DNA from: a virus
Lineage: Duplodnaviria > Caudoviricetes
DNA: 64,000 nucleotides
IMG/VR virus record: IMGVR_UViG_3300002835_000097
Coordinates: 24,058 to 88,057 of that record
Direction: 5' to 3' (one strand)
The position numbers were made by a program, and so were the translations under genes. The notes below the pieces were generated by a model, which ran no database searches, was not told the origin of the DNA, and was given only the letters and a program-made list of their open reading frames with translations. Shown here one piece after another: positions 36,377-46,327 of this stretch. Every line of letters begins with the position of its first letter. Positions within the stretch are counted from its first letter, which is position 1.

Positions 36377-37270
36377 ATGATTAACGAATTCAATACTAAT
36401 ATAAATAATTTAGAAAATGGTATTATATTAACTTTTCCGTCTCCAAGCTCTTTGAGTTTACATCAAGAATATATTTGCTATTTTAGCACTACTAATATTA
36501 TACCAGATAATGTTTTAACAGATATTACTTTTGCTCCTTCTTCTTACGCAATAAGCGGGTCAAATAATAGTCCCATTACAGCAATAGCAAAAGGAAAATT
36601 GTCTCATAAGATATATACAAAAATTTTAATTAGATTACAAATAAAAGATATCTCTAATGTTATTGTTCATATAGACTATATCTTGGTTAATTGTTCTCCT
36701 GTCAATACATCTTTCTCTATTAATGGAAAGATTTTAGCTGAAACTCCTGCTAATTATGGTCCTAATGGCGGCAGATTATTCGTCATGTCAGAAGCTAATC
36801 AATTAGCTCCATCATTAGTAACAGAGGGTGATGTTTTAACTAATCCATTAATACCAGAAACTCTTAGAGTAAAAATAGGAAAAAATATAGATCCTTTTAC
36901 GTTTGAGCTGAATGCAGCTCCTATAGCAGGACTAATTGAATCTTCTATTAATAATCCTAAATTAAATAAAAGTGAATATTCTGGAAGTTTTACAATAACA
37001 AAGTCAGAGTGTGTAGGAATTAATTTACATGAATATCCTAAATATACTATTTTAGACCAATCTAATAATTGGACATATTCAATAAATAATAAAATATTAG
37101 CCCAATTTATTCCAGACGATGCAGAAGAAAGTTATGACTCTGTGATCATGCTACCATTAAAAGATTTTTCTCTTTTGGATGATACTCAGCCACAGAGTAT
37201 ACCGTTTATTTCGTCGGTCATTATTGGAGGAACAGTTGGCCACACGTTTACTCCTGTCACAAATATATAA
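36377..37270 (+). CDS. Hypothetical beta-rich virion protein
   Basis: 297-aa ORF in the tail-tip cluster. Confidence 0.6.
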   Translation: MINEFNTNINNLENGIILTFPSPSSLSLHQEYICYFSTTNIIPDNVLTDITFAPSSYAISGSNNSPITAIAKGKLSHKIYTKILIRLQIKDISNVIVHIDYILVNCSPVNTSFSINGKILAETPANYGPNGGRLFVMSEANQLAPSLVTEGDVLTNPLIPETLRVKIGKNIDPFTFELNAAPIAGLIESSINNPKLNKSEYSGSFTITKSECVGINLHEYPKYTILDQSNNWTYSINNKILAQFIPDDAEESYDSVIMLPLKDFSLLDDTQPQSIPFISSVIIGGTVGHTFTPVTNI

Positions 37271-37271
37271 G

Positions 37272-37279
37272 GGTGTATA
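37272..37279 (+). promoter_or_regulatory. GGTGTATW motif copy 4
   Basis: GGTGTATA 51 bp upstream of ATG 37323. Confidence 0.55.
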
Positions 37280-37322
37280 TCTCATTACAGCCATATAAAC
37301 TTCATTATTAAAAGAGTCTATT

Positions 37323-38309
37323 ATGATAATAAATAGTCCATTATGTATAACACACTATGCTGGACAAACTCCATTAAATTTAACCGGTCAATCAGCAAAT
37401 TTGACGCCGGATCAATTAATAGATTTTAACAAATTATTACAATCTGTTAGTACTATATATGCAAGTCAAAATCCTCCCAACGGAGCAGTTCCAACTTTCT
37501 GGACAAAACCTTTGGCAGTTGAGAATGGAGTAAAAATATATCAACCAGACTCGAATTCTACGCTAGTGTCATTACAGCCTAGACAGTCTTACTATTTTAT
37601 AATGAGAGAATCTGCACAATTACCAATAAATATCCCAGCAGCCGGAGGTCCATTAGAAGGATTTATAGATGATATACAGAATTTACCATCTATTAAAATA
37701 ATAACTTCAACAGTGCCTGTTTCTAATTTAACAGCAATGTCCTATCCGTCTGCTTCTATAACATCTCCAGAAAATAATCCAGTTGTTGTTCCTCCTGTTG
37801 TTGAAGGATCCGAAGGAAACACCAATAATGAGACAATGGGCACCCAAGCCATTATACCTAATTCATTTAATGCGACTAATAATACTTATAGTTTTAATAT
37901 AGCCGTTACTGGATTACAATCTTATAAAAACTACACCTATAGTGTTGATGTTATTGATGCTGAATGGCCAACCTATTTTGTTGGAAAACCTTCTGGCACA
38001 TTAACTACTGGTAAAAATACATTAGACACAATAGAAGATATATCATCTGTAACTAACCGATTAGTATTTTGTGCATCTGGCGCCTGTGATTCTTATCCAG
38101 AAATATTGAATCCATATACAACACCTGATTATCCTATTCTTTGGCGATCCAGTATCGACTATAGAGTAATTATTAGAGCATCACTTAAATGTGATGATTG
38201 CCTAAATGATAATACTGTATATAGCGATTATATAATATTAAAATACGCCACCTCTAACCTTAACACGACACCATCTTTGCCTAATATTAGTTTCAAAATA
38301 ACAGAATAA
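37323..38309 (+). CDS. Putative virion protein with one Cys-containing NWP-type domain
   Basis: C-terminal GLQSYKNYTYSVDVIDAEWP..PSG..FCASGAC..CDDC resembles the repeat unit of 39221..43609. Confidence 0.6.
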   Translation: MIINSPLCITHYAGQTPLNLTGQSANLTPDQLIDFNKLLQSVSTIYASQNPPNGAVPTFWTKPLAVENGVKIYQPDSNSTLVSLQPRQSYYFIMRESAQLPINIPAAGGPLEGFIDDIQNLPSIKIITSTVPVSNLTAMSYPSASITSPENNPVVVPPVVEGSEGNTNNETMGTQAIIPNSFNATNNTYSFNIAVTGLQSYKNYTYSVDVIDAEWPTYFVGKPSGTLTTGKNTLDTIEDISSVTNRLVFCASGACDSYPEILNPYTTPDYPILWRSSIDYRVIIRASLKCDDCLNDNTVYSDYIILKYATSNLNTTPSLPNISFKITE

Positions 38310-38334
38310 TTGATCAAATTTAACAATCTAATAT

Positions 38335-38342
38335 GGTGTATT
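38335..38342 (+). promoter_or_regulatory. GGTGTATW motif copy 5
   Basis: GGTGTATT 42 bp upstream of ATG 38377. Confidence 0.55.
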
Positions 38343-38376
38343 AACCATTGATTACCATATGTTTTGAGGTATTATA

Positions 38377-39201
38377 ATGCCAAATCCAAAAGACGTTACT
38401 GTAACATTGACCAATTTAACTCCAAATGAAAAGTATAACTATACTTTCAAAAGCATAAGTTCTAATTGGCCCATAACTATAACTCCTATTAGTGGAATAT
38501 TTTCTTCAACTAGTACTAGTGGGACCATATCTGCTTCCGCTTATTTTTGTCCAACTAAAACCAGTTGTGATGAAAATTATGAGGGATATCTTCCATGCAC
38601 AGAACATTTTTGTACAGTAGGGGACGATTATTTTAGTAATATAGCTATTGATTTTAATCTAGTAAGAGATCCAACGAAAATTTATCAAAGTTCTGCATTT
38701 AAATTAAGCTCCAATTATAGTCTACCAAAAGCCGAGATAACAGCCTCCCAAACATTATTGACTACGAACGATGAAACAAATTTGAGTATTAAATTTATTA
38801 ATCTTACTCCACAAAAAACTTATCAATATTCTATATATTCTTTAGATGCTAATTGGCCATTCGTTGTTTCTTCACCAACAGGATATTTTCATTCTGGTAG
38901 CGGTGGAACTCCAGCAAATCCAGTAGTATTAAATATAGATGCTGGATTCTGCCAGAATTCAGGAGTTTGTTATAATGGTAGATATGGAGTTTTAAATTAT
39001 TCAATTAATAATCATCCAAAATTGCATTGGTATAATCCTGAAGTTACTATTAGATTATCGTATTCCGATACAGAGTATTCCGATATTGTACATGACAGTA
39101 ATATAGCTAAATTTTATTGTTCTGATTGCATAGCAATTCAAGAGAGTCAAGCAACTAAAAGTGTAAATATATCACTCAGCACACCATCAAATTGTACTTA
39201 A
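38377..39201 (+). CDS. Putative virion protein with two NWP-type domains
   Basis: NLTPNEKYNYTF..SNWPITITPISG..FCPTKTSC and NLTPQKTYQY..ANWPFVVSSPTG..FCQNSGVC..CSDC. Confidence 0.65.
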   Translation: MPNPKDVTVTLTNLTPNEKYNYTFKSISSNWPITITPISGIFSSTSTSGTISASAYFCPTKTSCDENYEGYLPCTEHFCTVGDDYFSNIAIDFNLVRDPTKIYQSSAFKLSSNYSLPKAEITASQTLLTTNDETNLSIKFINLTPQKTYQYSIYSLDANWPFVVSSPTGYFHSGSGGTPANPVVLNIDAGFCQNSGVCYNGRYGVLNYSINNHPKLHWYNPEVTIRLSYSDTEYSDIVHDSNIAKFYCSDCIAIQESQATKSVNISLSTPSNCT

Positions 39202-39220
39202 TAAAAATAAAGAGGAAATA

Positions 39221-42200
39221 ATGTCAACTATCCAAGCAATAAATGTTAAAGTAAGTGGATTTGATCCTGCTACAAAATATAATTTTATTTTTAAGAATAA
39301 TGGTGGAAACTGGCCTGTAAGAATATCTCCATTGTCTGGTGTGTTTTTCCCCGACAGTGTTAAATCATATGTTTATTTTTGTTCGAATTCTGGAGAATGT
39401 CCAGAATCTGACCCTAATGTATTTTATAATGTTCCAGAAAATAGTCTTACCGCACCTGGTTTAGATCTAGATAATAAAAGTTTATATACTATTTTAGATT
39501 TAGAAATTAGAGATAATGATTCTGATGAACTTCTATATACTCATCCGTGCATAGTGCAGTGTGATCAATGTATTCCATCATCATTATCTTTATCTTTTAA
39601 TAATGGAGATGGCGACCTATCATTAACAAGCACTGATGGAAATTCAAAAACATTTAATGTTAAATGTGAAGGTTTAATACCAAATCAAGAATATACTTAT
39701 GTTTTGAATGGAGGAGGAGGTAATTGGCCTTTAAAAGTAACGCCCAGATCAGGAATCATTACCACCTCATCTTCTGATTTTACCGTTAATGGACTACTAT
39801 CTTTTTGTCCATCAACAGGAGCTTGTCCAAGCACAGATCCGTCTATAATTAATTATCAGAATATACAAAATAGAAGATTTACTGAAGATCCTTATTCTAT
39901 TATAGATGTATCGTTAACTCCAAATGATAGTACATTTCAAAATAAAGTTGCAGGATCATTCTCTGCAACCTGTGTAGATTGTATACCAGCTATACAGATA
40001 CTATCTCCCAACTTTGTTAATATAGGAAGTAATCATAGTAATAATGAGTTTGAAGTAACAATCAATAATCTTGTTATTGGCGAACAGTATAATTATTCAT
40101 TTGCTGGGCTTGATGGCAACTGGCCATTAATACTATCTCCCCAATCTGGTAGCATAATTGCTACTTCAGACTCTATGAGATTACCGGTCGTTGCAACCTT
40201 TTGTACTGCTACAGGATTATGTCCAAGTGGCAGTGCTGGAATTATGCCATATACAAATCTAAGATCATCAAGTGTTGCTTTAAATTCTATAAAAAAACAA
40301 TCCAGGTTCAAAATGTCTTTGAACCAAAATGCCTATGCTACTCCTGTTGCTTATAGTAATGATATTGTTGCGGTATGTAACGATTGTCTTCCATTACTAA
40401 GAGCCAGACTACCATTGAATACTACATTATCATTTGGAGATGGAAACTATACAGATTTTAATCTTGAAATAGATAATATGGTTCCTGGAATCGAGTATCA
40501 ATATGTATTTAAAAATATTGATAGTAATTGGCCAGCAATTATCAATCCATTAAGCGGAAGTATCATAAGAAACAATGTTGGCAGCACAACTTATACTGTC
40601 CCAGTTTCTGTTACGCTATGTCAATCCACAGGACTTTGTCCAAATGGCTGCGCTAATGTTCTAACGTATACAGCAGCCCCAAACTGCAACAATAAAATCG
40701 CAAGATTCAAAGCAGAAGTTACTCCTATTGGATACGATATTCCGTCAGTAAATAGTAATGCTTATATTGTTACTTGTGATACTTGTATTCCTCAGCCATC
40801 TGCTACTATACCAAATGTGATCGTGGGAGATGATAATGAGAGCTCATTTAATGTTGTTATTAATAATCTTTCACCCACTTCAGAATATAGATATAAATTT
40901 ATAAGTTTAGACTCTAATTGGCCCGTTAGCATTAATCCTATAAGTGGAGTAATTACTTCAGTTAGCGATCACACACTATCTGTCTCAACTTCATTTTGCC
41001 AAACCACAGGAGTTTGCCCCAACGGATCTCCAAATATACTACCATATATGGCAGGATCTAATAAACAATTTAATTTTGGATCTTTAAATAAATTTGCAAA
41101 AATTAGACTAGAAATAGATCCAGTATTGCCATTAAATAATGATTTAGCAACAATATATAGCAATGAGGCTATGATAAAATGCAGTGGCTGCATTCCTGCT
41201 CCAGTTATTGAAGTTCCAAAAGATGTTACAGTAGGGTCCAGCAATACTGCTACCATAAATATGGTTGGAACTGATTTATCGCCAAATACATCATATAAAT
41301 ATAAAGTATTATCTATTGATAGTAATTGGCCTACTGTTATTAATCCAATGAGTGGTACTATAGTAAATAGTGCAACATGTGATATTGCTTTGTCAATAGC
41401 CTTTTGTGCATCAACAGGGATTTGTCCAAATGGTAATAAAAATATTCTACCATATAACGCAGTAACATCATATAATCAATTTACTTTAGGTTCATTACAG
41501 AAGTCTAGTAAATTCCAGGTTGAATTTGATCCTATTGATGATGATTTGCCAACAGTGTATAGTAACGAATCGTTAATTAGATGTTCTGGTTGTATACCTG
41601 ATCCAGAGGTGGTGCTACCAGATACTATAGTTCTTAGCGATATAAATCCCAAAAGATTTCCTATATCTGGCGTTAATTTATTGGAGGGAGTAGAGTATAA
41701 ATATAGATTTATTGGCCTAGATAGCAATTGGCCAACGATATTGAATCCAATGAGTGGTAATATTATCAGTAGCACAAGCTTTGATATACCTGTAGAGGTT
41801 TCTTTTTGTGCAGGAACCGGCGTTTGCCAAACTGGATCAAAGAATGTTTTAAATTATACACTAGCAAATGATAGTCAATATAGACTTGCGTCGTTATCCA
41901 AAGTTACCAAAGTAAAATTAGAATTAGTTCCAAATTTACCAGGACTACAAACGGTATATAGTAATGAAACAACAATCATATGCTCTGGTTGCGTAAATCC
42001 TTTATCTGCTGAGTTCAAAACATCGGTCATTAATAATCCTTCGAAAGCTAATCCAAATAATAATATTAAATTAAATTTAAATGGTTTGGTCCCAGGAGTT
42101 GAATATTCTTATGTTCTAGAGTCTGTTAAGAATAACTGGCCTATGATAGTTAATCCGATTAGTGGAACATTAGTATCACCTAATACCTCTGGTGAAGCTA

Positions 42201-43609
42201 CTATATATTATGATATATGCTATTCTACAGGACTATGTCCTAGTGATAGTTTATATGTATTGCCATATACATATACCTCTGATAGTGAAAATCGTAAACA
42301 ATTTAATGTTAGAGCTAAGGTAAAGGCACTAAATACTAATTTACCAGAAGCAGAAGCCTTTAGTAATGTATTTTCTATAAAGTGTGATAGTACAGATTGT
42401 TTGCCAAAAGTAACTATATCAGGAATCCCTGCAACTGGAGGAATTAGTTTCCGCGATTCTTACAGGATTACTCCAGTTATCAAAAATCTACTACCAGATA
42501 TTGTTTATTCATATAAATACAAATCTTTGGACGGAAATTGGCCAGCTATAGTATATCCTATCAGTGGAATTATTAGAAATGCTAGTGGGTATGAAATACC
42601 TACATCTATTCAATTCTGTAAATCGACAGGATTGTGTCCTAATAATGTTAATAGTAGCGTTCTCTCTTATGACTTAGACTCTGTGTGTCAAACCACAAAT
42701 AGTGAGCTAGCATTTACTAAATTTGTGAATTTTATTCTTGAGGTTGAGCCACTAGCAGCTCCTGGATTGTCAAAAGTATCTAGTAATACTTCATTATTAA
42801 CTATGACTAATAATATAGGTGGATTAGAAATTACTTATAATCCTCCTTTGACTAGCGATGGAGGCACTGTCATTGGAAGTAATGATGGAATTACTCTAAA
42901 TAGTGTTTCAAAGGGAGCTTTCTCTTTAAGAACAAGAACTTCTGGATTAGTAGTTGGAGAAAAATATGAATATACTGTTAATTATTTAGATAGTAATTGG
43001 CCAGTAGTTGTAACTCCACAAAGCGGATCATTTATTGCAACACAAGACAATAAAATAATATATACGGATATTGGATTTTGTTTTCCTAGTGGCGAATGCG
43101 CTATGAATACTAAAGATGCTATACTCAAGTATAGAACAAATAGTTTATACAATAAGAATCGAACAGAGTTCGTTACACTAAATATTAGTGTACAACAATC
43201 TGGATGTTCACAGTCTATAGCCTATGGTAAAGACTATAAGATAGAGTGTAATGATTGCGTAGCCAACAACCCTGTTTCTGTAGCAATATCTGGTGGTCCA
43301 CTATTAAATCTAGGATCGTGCTGCTCTGGAACCAGATTAATGCTTGTTAATATTAGAGAAGCTTCTTCTAGTGATAGATATAAATATGAATTTTCATCAT
43401 TAACAAATAACGTCACGTTTAATCAACCATCTAGCGGCTATATGACATTCACCAAAAATGGCTCAGGAGTTGTTATGGGCATTGCTAATATGTCTTTGGA
43501 TAATTATGATGAGGGTGTTGTTAGATTTAGATTATTTAATGAAAATAATGGAATAGAAGCTAATGATTATCTTGGTCTAAAGTGCGGACCAAATGAATGT
43601 GCAACATAA
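39221..43609 (+). CDS. Large repeat protein with 10 (+1 degenerate) ~134-aa Cys-rich NWP domains
   Basis: NWP codons at 39308, 39722, 40118, 40526, 40916, 41324, 41726, 42134, 42536 and 42995; units typically carry PxSG, C-x4-C and terminal CxxC. Confidence 0.75.
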   Translation: MSTIQAINVKVSGFDPATKYNFIFKNNGGNWPVRISPLSGVFFPDSVKSYVYFCSNSGECPESDPNVFYNVPENSLTAPGLDLDNKSLYTILDLEIRDNDSDELLYTHPCIVQCDQCIPSSLSLSFNNGDGDLSLTSTDGNSKTFNVKCEGLIPNQEYTYVLNGGGGNWPLKVTPRSGIITTSSSDFTVNGLLSFCPSTGACPSTDPSIINYQNIQNRRFTEDPYSIIDVSLTPNDSTFQNKVAGSFSATCVDCIPAIQILSPNFVNIGSNHSNNEFEVTINNLVIGEQYNYSFAGLDGNWPLILSPQSGSIIATSDSMRLPVVATFCTATGLCPSGSAGIMPYTNLRSSSVALNSIKKQSRFKMSLNQNAYATPVAYSNDIVAVCNDCLPLLRARLPLNTTLSFGDGNYTDFNLEIDNMVPGIEYQYVFKNIDSNWPAIINPLSGSIIRNNVGSTTYTVPVSVTLCQSTGLCPNGCANVLTYTAAPNCNNKIARFKAEVTPIGYDIPSVNSNAYIVTCDTCIPQPSATIPNVIVGDDNESSFNVVINNLSPTSEYRYKFISLDSNWPVSINPISGVITSVSDHTLSVSTSFCQTTGVCPNGSPNILPYMAGSNKQFNFGSLNKFAKIRLEIDPVLPLNNDLATIYSNEAMIKCSGCIPAPVIEVPKDVTVGSSNTATINMVGTDLSPNTSYKYKVLSIDSNWPTVINPMSGTIVNSATCDIALSIAFCASTGICPNGNKNILPYNAVTSYNQFTLGSLQKSSKFQVEFDPIDDDLPTVYSNESLIRCSGCIPDPEVVLPDTIVLSDINPKRFPISGVNLLEGVEYKYRFIGLDSNWPTILNPMSGNIISSTSFDIPVEVSFCAGTGVCQTGSKNVLNYTLANDSQYRLASLSKVTKVKLELVPNLPGLQTVYSNETTIICSGCVNPLSAEFKTSVINNPSKANPNNNIKLNLNGLVPGVEYSYVLESVKNNWPMIVNPISGTLVSPNTSGEATIYYDICYSTGLCPSDSLYVLPYTYTSDSENRKQFNVRAKVKALNTNLPEAEAFSNVFSIKCDSTDCLPKVTISGIPATGGISFRDSYRITPVIKNLLPDIVYSYKYKSLDGNWPAIVYPISGIIRNASGYEIPTSIQFCKSTGLCPNNVNSSVLSYDLDSVCQTTNSELAFTKFVNFILEVEPLAAPGLSKVSSNTSLLTMTNNIGGLEITYNPPLTSDGGTVIGSNDGITLNSVSKGAFSLRTRTSGLVVGEKYEYTVNYLDSNWPVVVTPQSGSFIATQDNKIIYTDIGFCFPSGECAMNTKDAILKYRTNSLYNKNRTEFVTLNISVQQSGCSQSIAYGKDYKIECNDCVANNPVSVAISGGPLLNLGSCCSGTRLMLVNIREASSSDRYKYEFSSLTNNVTFNQPSSGYMTFTKNGSGVVMGIANMSLDNYDEGVVRFRLFNENNGIEANDYLGLKCGPNECAT

Positions 43610-43624
43610 TATAAAAGGGATTAC

Positions 43625-46279
43625 ATGGCTATTATTTCAGGATTCAATACTGCAAATTACAATAAATGTGTATCATGGAATGATTTTACTGGCAACGTTA
43701 GTGCAGTTGGTCAAAATGGAAACCCAAGTTTTTGGGGAACTTATGATCAAGGAGGCAATGTTCTAGAATGGACTGAAGAACAAACGTATTTAGGTGGAAA
43801 TAATGAATACGTTTTTAGTAGAGTAGCATATGGTGGATCTTGGGCAACCAATTTTTCTGGAATTAGTAGCGACAATTATGGTCAATATACTAGACCAGGA
43901 TTAAATGATCCTTTTTTATATAATAGTTTAAATGCTACTAATGAAAATGGGTTTAGAGTATTTTCATATACTAATCCATTAAATTTATCAAATTTTGTTA
44001 CAGTTTCTGGTCAGAATAATCAGTCTCAGAATGTTCCAAAGGGTAATATTTATGGCGTGGATAAAGATAATAACATATGGAGATTGCAACCAGATTCTCA
44101 GCAAATTGTAAAAATTATGAGCACAGGGCTTTCGCTTCCAACAGGTAGCAATGCCATCGCCTATAATAATCAAACAAATCATTTAATATTTATGTATTAT
44201 GGTACTGGAACATTGCCATTTGGAATTCCAGGAAATAATGGATCCGGACTTTACTCTGTAAAAATAAATTATGATAGCAATAATACTCCATCACTAACTA
44301 ATATTAGTGGTATTTCTGACTGGAATAATGCTATCACTAAACCAATATACAATGCATCATATTGGAATAATGCGAGCGGGTCAGGTGGTTATTGGTTTAT
44401 GTCTGAGTCCACAGGCGTTCTAAGTAAAATATCTTTTACCTCGGTATCCAATAATGGACTTGCAGTTAGTGGTAATAGTTTTGCTTCCTTTACATTATCT
44501 ACGATCCCTATTCTGCCCAATCTTTATGACAACCAATTTGGAGATATCTCCATTTCTGGCAGCCTAACAAAAGGACATCTCTATGCAACAACTAAGTTTG
44601 GATATTTATATTGTTTTGATTTGACTCCAACCATGTCAGGACAAAATCCAGTATATATTACAGGAGCTAAGATTACTGGTGATGCTGCTGGCAGAACACT
44701 ACAAACGACCTTTGATCATAATAATAGTATACTTTATGCTCATAGTTATGATAGTCAAACTTGGTACAGTATTAATACAGAATTTAATTCTAATTTTGGT
44801 CAAACAACTCTTATAAAAGACATATATAATAATAACGTACTTTTACCACAACTTACTGATATGTGTGGTGGAACAAGTTATGCTATTGGCTCTGTGGCTA
44901 CTGGATATAGGGCTGCGTCTTATCAGATTACAAATCAAGATTATGTAAACTTTTTGAATACAGTTGATCCTTCAGGAAATCAGGTTCAATTAAACTCTTA
45001 TAATAATGGATATAATCAGAATTCTGCATCTTCTACTGGAGTACTTTATACATACTTAATGTCCTCAGATAGAGGTGGTATTTCATATGTTCCAAATAAT
45101 AATCCTGGTGAAAAATATGTAGTTAATAGATATATGCATAATAAACCAGCAATATTTATTACGTGGCCGATGGCAGCGAGATATTGCAATTGGTTACACA
45201 ATAAAGTTTCTGATAGTAATTCTTTAATTACAAATATTGGTGCTTATAATTTTACAGCACCATCATATGACGGAGGAATATCATCTAATAGTGGACTCAT
45301 AAGATCAGTTGATGCAAAATACTTTTTACCAAATATTCATGAATGGTATAAAAGTGCTTACTTTAGTTTAAATAAATTTCCAGCAGGACCAGTATATAGT
45401 GGATATTTTCAATATTCAACACAATCTGATGTACAGCCATCTTGCGTTGATTATGATCAATATGGAGAAGGTCCAAAACTTATTAATCAGATAAAACAAA
45501 TTATTTTTAATGATTTAAAAATTGGAGATTCATATACTGTTAATTTATCTTTGACTAAGCCAGATAAGTATGATGCCTTTTTACCAATTAGTACTATTAA
45601 TTTTGTAGCATCTGATGTATCAGAAACGATACTAGTTCCAATTACAAGATATTCTAATGTCTTAGCTGTAGTATTAACCTCACAATTAGTGCAAGACAAC
45701 GGATCTTTAACTGTTGAAGAAAAAACCCATTTAGTAACTTGTCAACAGCCCAATAATACATGCTTTACCAGATTGCCAAGAACACCACTTCCTACAAGGA
45801 CAGTTACAAAAACATTAACCGTTACTCCGACTCGCACCGTTACTGTTAGCAGAACTCCACCAACAACCAATTCTCCGACTCCAACCAGAACCATTACTGC
45901 AACTATTACTCCTACTATTAGTGTTACTCCAACAATAACCCCGACTATTACAGTAACACCTAGTGGACCACCGAATTCTATTTATGCTTGTAATTTTGTA
46001 GATGCTTCTAATAATTTTAATACATTGTCAGGAGAATATATAAGATCAGGTAATATATATTATAAATCCGGAGACAATTTAAGTTATAAATTATTTTATA
46101 ATGGGGCATCCTCTAGGTGGGAGTTAACAAATAATGCTGGATCATCAGTATTTTATCATGCTACAACAATATTTGGTTCTTGGAGATCAGGAGCAGCACT
46201 AACTCAATATGCTATAAATTCTCTAGGCTTTTGGGAGATTAGAACGTCGCAATGCGAAAATCGTGACTCTTTCCTATAA
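43625..46279 (+). CDS. FGE-sulfatase/SUMF1-like (C-type lectin fold) protein, circularly permuted, with propeller-like insertion and Thr/Pro linker
   Basis: GTYDQGGNVLEW, YGGSW and GFRV at the N-terminus; YQITNQDYVNFLN, PAIFITWPMAARYCNWL and LPNIHEWYKSAY further downstream. Confidence 0.7.
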   Translation: MAIISGFNTANYNKCVSWNDFTGNVSAVGQNGNPSFWGTYDQGGNVLEWTEEQTYLGGNNEYVFSRVAYGGSWATNFSGISSDNYGQYTRPGLNDPFLYNSLNATNENGFRVFSYTNPLNLSNFVTVSGQNNQSQNVPKGNIYGVDKDNNIWRLQPDSQQIVKIMSTGLSLPTGSNAIAYNNQTNHLIFMYYGTGTLPFGIPGNNGSGLYSVKINYDSNNTPSLTNISGISDWNNAITKPIYNASYWNNASGSGGYWFMSESTGVLSKISFTSVSNNGLAVSGNSFASFTLSTIPILPNLYDNQFGDISISGSLTKGHLYATTKFGYLYCFDLTPTMSGQNPVYITGAKITGDAAGRTLQTTFDHNNSILYAHSYDSQTWYSINTEFNSNFGQTTLIKDIYNNNVLLPQLTDMCGGTSYAIGSVATGYRAASYQITNQDYVNFLNTVDPSGNQVQLNSYNNGYNQNSASSTGVLYTYLMSSDRGGISYVPNNNPGEKYVVNRYMHNKPAIFITWPMAARYCNWLHNKVSDSNSLITNIGAYNFTAPSYDGGISSNSGLIRSVDAKYFLPNIHEWYKSAYFSLNKFPAGPVYSGYFQYSTQSDVQPSCVDYDQYGEGPKLINQIKQIIFNDLKIGDSYTVNLSLTKPDKYDAFLPISTINFVASDVSETILVPITRYSNVLAVVLTSQLVQDNGSLTVEEKTHLVTCQQPNNTCFTRLPRTPLPTRTVTKTLTVTPTRTVTVSRTPPTTNSPTPTRTITATITPTISVTPTITPTITVTPSGPPNSIYACNFVDASNNFNTLSGEYIRSGNIYYKSGDNLSYKLFYNGASSRWELTNNAGSSVFYHATTIFGSWRSGAALTQYAINSLGFWEIRTSQCENRDSFL

Positions 46280-46327
46280 TAAATAAATGATGAATAAGGA
46301 TTTAAATATAACACAAGGAGATCATTG

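Noticed and set aside
43820-43960. Diversity-generating retroelement variable region in the FGE-type domain
   Set aside because: No reverse transcriptase and no near-identical template repeat differing at adenines is visible in this window; it cannot be excluded elsewhere in the genome.
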